A stretch of 64,000 nt of DNA from NCBI GenBank assembly GCA_041640035.1, contig JBEQBC010000002.1, forward strand, positions 96,001 to 160,000, given 5' to 3'. How positions within the stretch are numbered: the stretch's first letter is position 1; every line of letters starts with the position of its first letter. A model generated the notes under the pieces. That model made no database searches. It saw only the letters and a list, made by a program, of their open reading frames with translations, and was not told where the DNA came from. This DNA is from Candidatus Nanohaloarchaea archaeon. GTDB taxonomy: Archaea > Nanohalarchaeota > Nanosalinia > Nanosalinales > Nanosalinaceae. The translations under genes and the position numbers were made by a program. Below are positions 19,018-27,979 of the stretch, one piece after another.

Positions 19018-20064
19018 TTAAACCGATGTTGCCTTCTGCGTTGTTTCTGATTTCGCTGGAGTTTCCGGGGTTTGAGGTGTTTCTCTGGTCTGCTGTACTT
19101 CCAGATGCTCCATATATCTATTTTCTGCTGGAGCGTATTCTTGGTCTTCTGATCTGGCTGCTATGTAGTCGGAGATCTCTTGGTTTACATCTACTTCTTC
19201 AGAGTACATTTCATTGATAGCAGTACCTGGGTCAGAATTAACTTCTAAGCCGACTATCTCGCCATCGGGAGTCTTCATGTAATCGAATGCGGCTACCTCT
19301 AAGCCTTCAGTTGCCTGTATTGCTGCATCGATTTCATAGTCAAATATATCTCCCGGATCTGTGTATTCTCCGCCGTTAGCTATATTGTTAGCAATTCCTT
19401 CTCCATCTTCACGGGCAGCTATCTCTAGCACGGTGGCATCTTCTCCATCACCTAGCACTAGTGCACGACAGTCTTTGAAGCCTTCTTCATGCGGTACAGA
19501 TTCTTCTAACCTGTATTCTTCTCTATCAAATTCCTCAAGATATTCTTCCAAGGTCTCGGATTCTTCTATTTCCGTGATTCCGTTCCCAAAAGAGCTTCTC
19601 GCTGGTTTTGCGATAACCTGATCGTCTTCAAGCACCTCAAAAGCTCCTTCTTCAGAATAGCTTTCAGCCATTCGGACATTTTGGAGGTTACTAAATGATT
19701 CTTCCAGCATTTCAGAAGTCCTGTTCTTATCGTTATGGAACCAAGACATCAAAGGATCTTGTATAAAATCTATATCCTGGTCTTCTACTGCCGCAGAAAC
19801 CTGCTCAGCTATTTCTCTGCTTTCTTCATCATCCATTCCTGAAGTAAATTTTTTGTGGCGATAGAAAACTGTTTGATCATCTATTTTTTCTAATTCGTCT
19901 ACAGATGATACATCGGTTACATCGTACCCCTGTTCATCCAGTTCTTCAACAGTCTTTTTCCTGGTCGGTGTATCTACTTCGCCTGCGTACAGTATATCTG
20001 CCTCTTCAACATCTGTTTCTCTTATTATATCATGTACGGTTCTGTCGAAGAGCCATCCAAACAT
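19018..20064 (-). CDS. RimK/LysX-like ATP-grasp ligase
   Basis: IAKPARSSFGNGI, DCRALVLG, NNIANGG, AFDY, GLEVNSDPG (ExNxxPG). Confidence 0.85.
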   Translation of the reverse strand: MFGWLFDRTVHDIIRETDVEEADILYAGEVDTPTRKKTVEELDEQGYDVTDVSSVDELEKIDDQTVFYRHKKFTSGMDDEESREIAEQVSAAVEDQDIDFIQDPLMSWFHNDKNRTSEMLEESFSNLQNVRMAESYSEEGAFEVLEDDQVIAKPARSSFGNGITEIEESETLEEYLEEFDREEYRLEESVPHEEGFKDCRALVLGDGEDATVLEIAAREDGEGIANNIANGGEYTDPGDIFDYEIDAAIQATEGLEVAAFDYMKTPDGEIVGLEVNSDPGTAINEMYSEEVDVNQEISDYIAARSEDQEYAPAENRYMEHLEVQQTRETPQTPETPAKSETTQKATSV

Positions 20065-20098
20065 AGAAACAGATTTGTTACATGAAAGTTATAAAATT

Positions 20099-21709
20099 TT
20101 AGAAGGAGTCCTTCCAGTTCTCGAGACCCTGAATAGCGTCATCTATCGCTGCGATCAAGTCCTGATCATCATCAATCTCGTGGTTGTTTGCGTTATGAAG
20201 AGCTCTGAGATCGTCTCTCAGATCTGCGAGTTCGTTCGGTATATGAGTATTCACCAGTTCGTTTACATCACTGTCCGGGAATTCAGGGTTGTTGCATCCT
20301 GTATCCGTGTTCAGGTCGTCGATGATATCACGGATATCTGAAAGGTATGCATGTATATCACCGGAGTTGGAGTGGTTCTGTATGTCTCCAATACGGGATT
20401 CGATTTCGGTCTTCTCTGAATTGCTTATCTGCAGCTCGTCCTTGAGTACAGATTTCAAGTCCTGTAACTGTCTCTTTATAGTTCCTTTGCGGTTCTTGAG
20501 TTGTTCAAGAGAGTTCTCCAAGGCTTCTTCGTGCTCTTCCATTCTACGGGCTCTGTTGAAAAGTCCTTCGTTGTCCAGTTCCTGTGCATAATCTTCTATC
20601 CTCTGTTCGTAGTCCTCAACCTGATCTACATCCTGCATCAGAAGGTTGATGCCTTTCAGTGATTTTGTGACGGTTTCGGCTTCAGCTATCAGTTTGTTTA
20701 GTTCATCGTCCAGGTTTGAGGTTACATGTTCCTCTTTCGTTTCTATCCTCTCGACTGCATCTATTATTGTTTCAAGCTCCTCCTTTGCATCAATCAAGCC
20801 GAATTCTTGATACCGGGATGGAAGGTCCATCGTACCGAGGTCAGTGTTCTCCAACAGTCCTCCTCCGCCTAGAATCATGTCCGGATGCAGGTTGTCTAGG
20901 TTTGGGTTGGATCCGCTGGAGGAGTTGTTTTTGAGCTTGGTGAGTTTTCCACGCATATGGTTAACTCCGGCTGTCAGGTACTTTATCCGGTTATTTACAT
21001 TTTCGTAATCTCTGCTTGCGTTCTTAACACCGTTGATAGCATCGTTGATGTGATCTATCTCCGAGCTCAGGTCTTTGGCTGCGTTGTTCATCGCTCCTTC
21101 TATATGGTCATCTGAGTCGTCTATTTCTTCTACTATCGATTCGATTTCTGCTTCTGTCTGTTCAGGTTGGTCCTGTACATTTCCGTCACCGACATTTCTT
21201 AGTCTCTGACCTGCTTCCCTTGCTTCCTCTATACCGTAGTTCAGGGCCTTGCCTGTTTTTCCTGCTGTCCAAGCTGCACTTGCTGCTCCACCTCCTACTA
21301 CTGCAATCAGGAGGGCGATTACTCCGAAGAAGAGTGCTCCTACTAGCATCATCTGGATGTCCCAGACGAATCCCATAGCGTGACCGGTGCCTAAAATAGA
21401 CAACACTGTCAGAAGCGCAAGTACCGCCAGAAGATTCTTTTTATCGTCATCCTGAACCCCTGAAGATTGAAGGTTGAATAGCTCTTCTATCTCGAGTTTG
21501 ACGACGATTTTCTTCATGATCATGTAGACAGAGAGCCAGATCAAGCCAAAGGTAGCAGCAAGGCCTAGATTGTGAACCATATCTCCCTGTGTAAGTCCAA
21601 GTGCACTTATTATGCCGGTAATATCTGTTAGAGAAGTGCTTCCGCCATGATTTGCTGCTGCTAAAGGTGTTGCTAAAAGGGTCAAAGTTGAAAGTAGTTT
21701 TTTCTTCAT
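20099..21709 (-). CDS. Signal peptide + 3-TM domain + long coiled-coil protein
   Basis: PLAAA-NHGGS; AATFGLIWLSVYMIMKK; NLLAVLALL; GGGA; ~350 aa acidic heptads. Confidence 0.85.
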   Translation of the reverse strand: MKKKLLSTLTLLATPLAAANHGGSTSLTDITGIISALGLTQGDMVHNLGLAATFGLIWLSVYMIMKKIVVKLEIEELFNLQSSGVQDDDKKNLLAVLALLTVLSILGTGHAMGFVWDIQMMLVGALFFGVIALLIAVVGGGAASAAWTAGKTGKALNYGIEEAREAGQRLRNVGDGNVQDQPEQTEAEIESIVEEIDDSDDHIEGAMNNAAKDLSSEIDHINDAINGVKNASRDYENVNNRIKYLTAGVNHMRGKLTKLKNNSSSGSNPNLDNLHPDMILGGGGLLENTDLGTMDLPSRYQEFGLIDAKEELETIIDAVERIETKEEHVTSNLDDELNKLIAEAETVTKSLKGINLLMQDVDQVEDYEQRIEDYAQELDNEGLFNRARRMEEHEEALENSLEQLKNRKGTIKRQLQDLKSVLKDELQISNSEKTEIESRIGDIQNHSNSGDIHAYLSDIRDIIDDLNTDTGCNNPEFPDSDVNELVNTHIPNELADLRDDLRALHNANNHEIDDDQDLIAAIDDAIQGLENWKDSF

Positions 21710-23298
21710 TATAGATCAGCGAATTTGTTCAGTAGTCGTTCTTCGGCTGCTTCTTCCTGTTCGTTCTGCTGTTCGATTTTCTCTAGGTGCTCTCCAATCT
21801 TGTTGAGATTGTCTTGCATGTTCTCCATTCTTCTCCAGGCTTGCGGTGCATAATCACTGTCTCCGATGTTTTCCAAGACATTCTTCTCGAGAGCTTCTAT
21901 CTGATTGAGTATTCTGCCGTCTTCTTTTACGAGCGTTTGAAGCTGCTGAATCTCTTCCTCTTCAAGTTTTATTTCATTCTTGATTAGGTCTTTGGCTCTC
22001 TCGATGAGTTCTTCCAGTCTCTGTTCTTCGCTCATTAGTTCTTGGTAGTAGCTCTTCATCTGCTCGATTTCTTTCTCTTCCTGTTCAGCTTCTTTGTATA
22101 CTTTCTCGCTCCCCATCTCTTGAGAGATGCTTTCGAGATATTCATCTAGCTGTTCAGCCTCGCCTATCTCCTGTTTAATCCTGCTGAGAAGATTCTGAAG
22201 GACGATAAATTCTTCAAGCTTGTTGACTAGGATATGGACCTCATCTTCCATTTCTTCCTCTTCTTTGGTTTCCAGAGATTCGATAAGTTTGATATCCTCT
22301 TGGACTCCCTTTAGTTCTTCATCTATTGTCTTGAGGCCTTTGAAGCTGTCTACAAACCCTCCTGGCGCTACCTGGTTTTCTGTTGCTCCTTTTCCTAACC
22401 CTGAAGCGGAAAGATTGTTCTCATGCGAGTTCTCCAACGAACTATTAGCTTTGTTTAGTTCATTATTGACATCATCCAGTCTTGCTTTAATATCCTTGAC
22501 GCCTTTCTCTTCTTTCTGATCCTGCTTAAGAATCCTTTGTGCGTCCTCAATAGCCTGCTCGAACTCATCCAGATCCTTCTTCATCATTCCGGAAAGAGTT
22601 TTTTCTGATGATTCCACAAGTTCGATTACTTTCTCTACATCATGGGCGGCTTGATCTGATTCTTGCTCGGGATCTTCACTTTGACCCGAAGTCACATCTT
22701 CTTCTTCATGTTCTGCTCTTGTTGCTACATCCTGAGCCTGAGTGGTCCGGTCTCTAACCGCTTCAATATCCTGATTATCGTACTCATCGCTGCCTGCGTT
22801 AGCCCCTTCATCAAGTTCATTAAGTCCCCATGCACCTGCTTTGGCAGCTTTACCGGTGGAGAACATGAAGAGACCTGCTCCACCACCTAAAACCAGAATT
22901 ATCAGAGAAGCTACCAAGAAGCCTACTGCTAACAGTAGTGTTTGTTGAATAGTATCTATTGTGAATCCGAGGTAGGTGTGTGATGCACCTGCTGCAGAAA
23001 CAACTATTAGAAGAGATAGTACTGCTCCTAGGTTTCTGCCGTCATCTCCGTATGTGCCACCTCCCATGTTGAAGAGGTCTTCGAGTTCGAATCGCATGAT
23101 CAGTTTCTTGGTTATCATGTAGACTGTGAACCAGATCAGTGCGAAGGTTGCTGCGGAGATTGCGATCTGTCTCCAGTTATCTACAGGGAATGGAAAGTTG
23201 GAGATTAGACCGATTAGTCCTCCGGACCCTCCGTGGTTCGCGGTTGCGATTGATGTGAAAGCCAGTAAAAGTGAGGAGAAGATGGCTTTTTTGTTCAT
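21709..23298 (-). CDS. Signal peptide + 3-TM domain + long coiled-coil protein (paralog of 20099-21709)
   Basis: SIATA-NHGGS; AATFALIWFTVYMITKK; NLGAVLSLL; TAATG coupling to the downstream paralog. Confidence 0.85.
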   Translation of the reverse strand: MNKKAIFSSLLLAFTSIATANHGGSGGLIGLISNFPFPVDNWRQIAISAATFALIWFTVYMITKKLIMRFELEDLFNMGGGTYGDDGRNLGAVLSLLIVVSAAGASHTYLGFTIDTIQQTLLLAVGFLVASLIILVLGGGAGLFMFSTGKAAKAGAWGLNELDEGANAGSDEYDNQDIEAVRDRTTQAQDVATRAEHEEEDVTSGQSEDPEQESDQAAHDVEKVIELVESSEKTLSGMMKKDLDEFEQAIEDAQRILKQDQKEEKGVKDIKARLDDVNNELNKANSSLENSHENNLSASGLGKGATENQVAPGGFVDSFKGLKTIDEELKGVQEDIKLIESLETKEEEEMEDEVHILVNKLEEFIVLQNLLSRIKQEIGEAEQLDEYLESISQEMGSEKVYKEAEQEEKEIEQMKSYYQELMSEEQRLEELIERAKDLIKNEIKLEEEEIQQLQTLVKEDGRILNQIEALEKNVLENIGDSDYAPQAWRRMENMQDNLNKIGEHLEKIEQQNEQEEAAEERLLNKFADL

Positions 23299-23336
23299 GC
23301 AGTAGTTAATCCTCTCCTTCTTTAAATTAATTCACC

Positions 23337-23783
23337 TTAGAAGATGGCTTTGAATCCCCAGTAGAGAACTAGGAGTCCTACCCCTATGAATATTATGTAG
23401 GTGAGTCCTCCGAAGACTACGAATATCAGTTCGTTGATATCTTGGAATAACTGGGTTGGAACCAGCATGAGTGAAACTGCCAGAGCGATTAGTGTGGCGT
23501 ACTTGTTTCTCTGTTTTCTGGCCTGTTCTCTTTCACTGTGCCATTCGTCTTCAGCGCTTAATGCGAATTTTAGGGCTTGTTTCAGTCCGATCTGGAAGAT
23601 GAAGAATATCAAGAGGAATGGTGCTACAAGTTCCGTTAGTATCTCTGCCTGAGAATCGTAATGCGGTATCTGGAGGTTCTCGTATGGGTTTCCTCCACCA
23701 CTGTGAAATGAAGCGGCTGCTGTTGAAACAGTGATAGTTAGTAGTAGAATGATTGAGAGGTATTTAGTCAAAGTCGAAGTCAT
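23337..23783 (-). CDS. Signal peptide + 3-TM membrane protein (paralog family)
   Basis: Start reassigned to ATG 23783: MTSTLTKYLSIILLLTITVSTAAA-SFHSGGG; LVAPFLLIFFIFQIGLK...LIALAVSL. Confidence 0.8.
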   Translation of the reverse strand: MTSTLTKYLSIILLLTITVSTAAASFHSGGGNPYENLQIPHYDSQAEILTELVAPFLLIFFIFQIGLKQALKFALSAEDEWHSEREQARKQRNKYATLIALAVSLMLVPTQLFQDINELIFVVFGGLTYIIFIGVGLLVLYWGFKAIF

Positions 23784-24033
23784 CGCCGCCACCTCCCATG
23801 TCGCCGCCTCCGCCGATATCTCCTCCACCACTTCCGCCGCTACGGGCGTGTTTGATGTAGGCCGGCAGCATATCATCTATTACGAAGCCGACTATGAGTC
23901 CAACTATTGCGGCTGCTGCGTATTCTCCTGGCAGGGGGAGTAATGAATCAAAGCTTCCTCCTAGCATATCTGCTGCTCCGACTGCTGCGATAGAGGCTAC
24001 GGGATAGGCGACGAATTCCCAAGGGTCCTTCAT
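23764..24033 (-). CDS. Small membrane protein with Gly/Asp-rich tail
   Basis: AAIVGLIVGFVIDDML...GGSGGGDIGGGGDMGGGGDDFDFD. Confidence 0.8.
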   Translation of the reverse strand: MKDPWEFVAYPVASIAAVGAADMLGGSFDSLLPLPGEYAAAAIVGLIVGFVIDDMLPAYIKHARSGGSGGGDIGGGGDMGGGGDDFDFD

Positions 24034-24136
24034 ACAAAAATTGTTTTTGAAGGAGAGTTATTAAATTACTTGGAGCCTGGCTACGGCGTCTGTAAGCAAA
24101 ATTTATATAAGCAGAAAACGGGTTATTACGGTCTAT

Positions 24137-25312
24137 ATGGGTCTACTTTCAAGCGCTAAGAATCAGATCAACAAAGCGAAAAAATCTATGGGAAATGTAA
24201 AAGACAGGCTAAGCCGTGTAGCAAAAGGCGAGCAAGAGCTTCAAGACGAGATGAACCACTACCAGGATCTTGAAGGACAGGTGGAGGATGACCTTAGACA
24301 GGGAGATAGAAATGTAGCAGATGAAGAAGCTCAGAAACTTGAAAGCGGAGAAATGGAAGCTGCAGAAAGACTGGAAAACCTAGATGAGGAGATGCTGGAG
24401 ATCTTCAAGCAAAACATGAGAGAGGTAAAGTTGACCGCGAATGCCATGAAGGAAAGAGATCAGTTTGAGGAAAGGACTAGGAAGAAGGTGCGACAGATCG
24501 CGAACGAACATAAGGAATTTGATGAGAGACTAAAGCAGGCTTCTCAAAATCTTGAAAGATATATTCAGGAGTCCAAACAGAATAGCAATAGAATGACTAG
24601 AGGTGAAGTCGGTAGAGAAGCACAGACCGACCAAGGTAAGAACTGGCAGGACCTAGAAGAAGAGGCCGAGCACATGAGAGATAGTATCAACGATGTGGTA
24701 AGAAGAGAGAACAACATGCTTGAGCTCTTGAATGCTGAAGAAAAAAGCATGGAAGAATTCAAGGAAGAGTGGGAAGAAAGCCTTAAAGAAATGAAAAAAC
24801 TCAGAAACGAGGTTCAAACTTTCTATGGTCAGGAGCAGGAAATGGAGAAAATTGCAGAAGAGCTTGGCGACAGCGATTTAATGCAGAAAGTAGCTCAGGG
24901 AGAGGAAGAAGCTAAACAGATCAAGCAGACATTCAAGGAACTTGATAGCCGTATCGAAGAAATCGAACAGATGCTGGAGAAGATGGAACAGGAAGACGAT
25001 TCAATCGTAAAGCACCAGAGTAATGTCACCAATAGAGCTGAAGAAATCCTTGAGATGTCTAAAAACGCTAGAAGGCAAGTTGCAGAGGTAGAGAACATAG
25101 TTGAACGAGATAATTATGAGCATCTGGAGTTCACCAGCCCTGAAAAATGGGAGAAAGAGATAGAGGTCATCAACAAATCTCTCAACAATGTTGAAGAACT
25201 TGTGCAGAAGTTCGAGGAAATCGAAGATCAGGAAATTAAGATTGAGGAACAGGAAGAACAGGTTATTGAAACCGAAGCACAGGAGGGCGCTCAGGCAGTC
25301 GGAGACGACTAA
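24137..25312 (+). CDS. Long coiled-coil protein with basic amphipathic N-terminus
   Basis: MGLLSSAKNQINKAKK then E/K/Q-rich heptads along the whole length; TTTATATA upstream. Confidence 0.85.
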   Translation: MGLLSSAKNQINKAKKSMGNVKDRLSRVAKGEQELQDEMNHYQDLEGQVEDDLRQGDRNVADEEAQKLESGEMEAAERLENLDEEMLEIFKQNMREVKLTANAMKERDQFEERTRKKVRQIANEHKEFDERLKQASQNLERYIQESKQNSNRMTRGEVGREAQTDQGKNWQDLEEEAEHMRDSINDVVRRENNMLELLNAEEKSMEEFKEEWEESLKEMKKLRNEVQTFYGQEQEMEKIAEELGDSDLMQKVAQGEEEAKQIKQTFKELDSRIEEIEQMLEKMEQEDDSIVKHQSNVTNRAEEILEMSKNARRQVAEVENIVERDNYEHLEFTSPEKWEKEIEVINKSLNNVEELVQKFEEIEDQEIKIEEQEEQVIETEAQEGAQAVGDD

Positions 25313-25333
25313 AAAACATCTAACAACTATTTT

Positions 25334-25570
25334 TTATTTCTCTTCAAACTTACCTAGTCTTTCCAGAGTTTCTAGTATACCCCATGCGTAGATTACAGCT
25401 TCCCAGGCGCGTATATAGTCTTCCTCCTCTAGAAAATGATATGTGTCATCTCTGTATGCCTTTACATTCTCCATCTGTTCGACTTCACTGTCTCTCTCCT
25501 CCATTCTACTTTCCAGTTTCTCTAACCATTCCCTGGTTTCTTCCTCAAGTTTCTCCTGAGTCTTGTTCAT
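25334..25570 (-). CDS. DUF357-family protein
   Basis: AYRDDTYHFLEEEDYIRAWEAVIYAWGILE; coupled to dph5 as in many archaea. Confidence 0.85.
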   Translation of the reverse strand: MNKTQEKLEEETREWLEKLESRMEERDSEVEQMENVKAYRDDTYHFLEEEDYIRAWEAVIYAWGILETLERLGKFEEK

Positions 25571-26265
25571 TAGAAGTCCTCCAAGTTTTCGTCCTCTACA
25601 TGGGAGGTTTCCCCTAATATAATAATGGAGTGCGGTGTCTCACCGGTGATATCTAGGTCGCCTAACCTGCCGCAGCTTATGTTTTGATCATCGAGATTAG
25701 CTCTTTCCAGGAAAATAGCGTCCTTATCCGCTAGTTCTTCGTCCATTTCAACCAGTTTATCCCTCGCCTCATCGGCCGGATAATCGATATCAAGAAGTAC
25801 TAATGTGTGGAGGCCTACAGAGAGGTTATCTTGAATGTACTCTGTGATTGATTCCGGTTTCATATCCTTGGGAAGAGTTACTGTTCTTCCGAACTTGTAG
25901 ATGCTTAAACCAGTCTCTGCGATGGATGTGAATATAGAAGGTGCGTGAACAACATCGGTTTCGATCCCTTTCTTTTCTGCTCTTCTCTTGATATCATAAT
26001 GGGTTGTAGCGGTTAACGCATCTCCCGAAACAAGAAAGGCTGTTTCCTGTTGTTCAGCTGATTCTACAATAGTATCCTTCTGCTCTACTTCATCGCGTGA
26101 AAGCTTCTGGATATCCTTACCTGTTTTTTCCTCTAATTTCTTTAGATCAACTGTTTCTGTATTTGTGTAAAACTCTGCGAATACTTTTTCAGAGTTTTCT
26201 ATCCCTTTCAGGCCTTTTACGGTTATTTCATCGTCGTCGAGACCCAGTCCAATAAGGTGAAGCAT
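25570..26265 (-). CDS. dph5: Diphthine synthase
   Basis: MLHLIGLGL, EFYT, GDALTATTH, GLSIYKFGRTVT, GLHTLVLLDI. Confidence 0.95.
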   Translation of the reverse strand: MLHLIGLGLDDDEITVKGLKGIENSEKVFAEFYTNTETVDLKKLEEKTGKDIQKLSRDEVEQKDTIVESAEQQETAFLVSGDALTATTHYDIKRRAEKKGIETDVVHAPSIFTSIAETGLSIYKFGRTVTLPKDMKPESITEYIQDNLSVGLHTLVLLDIDYPADEARDKLVEMDEELADKDAIFLERANLDDQNISCGRLGDLDITGETPHSIIILGETSHVEDENLEDF

Positions 26266-26322
26266 CTTAACTAAACAGGTTGATGTAACTGTTTTTAATT
26301 AGTTGGAAGACATTTCGATTTC

Positions 26323-27354
26323 ATGAAACAGGAAAAACTAGAGAAAAAGGCTGAAGAACTGTTTGAAAGACAGGGATTCAGAATTAAGAGAGAAGACGAT
26401 GTCTTCAAGGCCTGTAATGAAGGAGACGAATTAGAATTCCAAGTATTCAGCTCTGAGAAATACAGTGTAGAAGAAGCAAGAGAAAGAATTGAGAATGATA
26501 CAGATGCAGTATTTGTAGATGAAAGCCTGAGAGAAATCAAAGAAGTGGCGGAAACTGATGTATCTGTCTTGAAAGAGGAAGAAGACGGTAAAAGCTATGA
26601 TTTACCTAGTTTTGAGTTGATCGGAGATATCGCAGTAATAAACGATCTGGACGGAAAAGATGAGGAAGAAGTGGTTGAGGGAATCACTGAGAACCATCCT
26701 CACATTGAAACTATTCTATTGAAATCAGAGCAGCTGTCAGGCGAATTCAGAGTTGGCGGATACAAGAAGCTGTATGGACAGGATACCGAAACAGTGCACA
26801 AGGAGTTCGGAGTGGATATCAAAGTGGATCCGACCAAGGCTTACTACTCCGAAAGGTTCTCTACCGAAAGAAAAAGAGTAGCCGATCAGATCAAACCAGG
26901 AGAAAAAGTACTGGTGATGTTCGCAGGAGTAGGACCTTTCGCACTGATCGCAGCCAGGCACTCAGAGGCGGAAAGAATAGTAGCAGTGGAGAAAAACCCT
27001 GAAGCGTGCGAATACCTGAAGGAAAATATCAAGCTAAACAACTTTACAGAACGGATCGAAGCTAGGTGCGGAGATGTTGAGGAGATACTTCCAGAGCTAG
27101 AAGACCGTTTTGATCGGATAATAATGCCTCTACCAGGAAAAGCCGATGAATTCCTCGACCTTGCAGAATCTGTCGTATCTAAAGACGCAGTGATTCATTA
27201 CTACCGTTTCATGGAGGAAGACGACAGAGAGGGTTTAGAATCAGAGATAGAAAGTATTTTAGAACATGATTTCAGAGTGAGGGAGATGGTGAAATGCGGG
27301 GAGAAAAGTCCATCTACGGACAGAGTTTGCGTTGATATTGCTTTAACTTCTTGA
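26323..27354 (+). CDS. trm5: Trm5/Taw2-family tRNA methyltransferase
   Basis: FELIGDIA, GEFRV, ETVHKEFG, YYSERFSTER, MFAGVGPF, EKNP, DRIIMPLP; exact subfamily not resolved. Confidence 0.85.
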   Translation: MKQEKLEKKAEELFERQGFRIKREDDVFKACNEGDELEFQVFSSEKYSVEEARERIENDTDAVFVDESLREIKEVAETDVSVLKEEEDGKSYDLPSFELIGDIAVINDLDGKDEEEVVEGITENHPHIETILLKSEQLSGEFRVGGYKKLYGQDTETVHKEFGVDIKVDPTKAYYSERFSTERKRVADQIKPGEKVLVMFAGVGPFALIAARHSEAERIVAVEKNPEACEYLKENIKLNNFTERIEARCGDVEEILPELEDRFDRIIMPLPGKADEFLDLAESVVSKDAVIHYYRFMEEDDREGLESEIESILEHDFRVREMVKCGEKSPSTDRVCVDIALTS

Positions 27355-27500
27355 ATAGAACAACCATTTAAAACTTTGTAGTTATTGTATAGTTGTAAAA
27401 ATCTGAGAGCGAGCGATTGAGTCAGCAAAGAGTTCCAAAAATTAGTGATCTGGAAGCTCTCTAAAATCCAAAAACAATCAAAAAAAGAGGTGAATTTATT

Positions 27501-27875
27501 ATGAGCGCAGAAGACGCATTTGAAGTCCTTGAACTAGCAATGGACGATCACTACACAGCAGCAGAGCTTAAGGACCAGTATGATGATGAACTGGTAGATC
27601 AGGCATACGAAGCAAGAGACAAAGCAGTTCAGATGGCAGATGAGTACGGAGACGCACTTGAAGCTACAGAAACAGAAGCAAGAGCAGTTGCAGATTACCT
27701 GATGAAGCACAGAAGCCACATGGACGAAAAGGCACTCGAGCTAAGCAACGCTGCTGATGAGATTCAGGAAGATCTAGAAGATGTCGACGAACCAGATGTA
27801 GATACAGACAACCTTCTTGACATGGCGAACGATCTAGAGACCCGAGTCGAGAACGAGTACGACTTTAACTTCTAA
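27501..27875 (+). CDS. Acidic helical protein (paralog of N-domain of next gene)
   Basis: MSAEDAFEVLELAMDDHY...YLMKHRSHMD; GAGGTGA ribosome-binding site. Confidence 0.85.
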   Translation: MSAEDAFEVLELAMDDHYTAAELKDQYDDELVDQAYEARDKAVQMADEYGDALEATETEARAVADYLMKHRSHMDEKALELSNAADEIQEDLEDVDEPDVDTDNLLDMANDLETRVENEYDFNF

Positions 27876-27979
27876 GATCTTTCACATACTTTCCTATCCC
27901 CTATTATTTCTTCTCATTTTATCGATCATGAACAGAAACATCAAAACATTTAAAATGTTGTCACCATAAGGTAAACAAT

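Noticed and set aside
20099-23298. Methyl-accepting chemoreceptors or SMC/Rad50
   Set aside because: No MCP hairpin signature, no Walker motifs, no che genes
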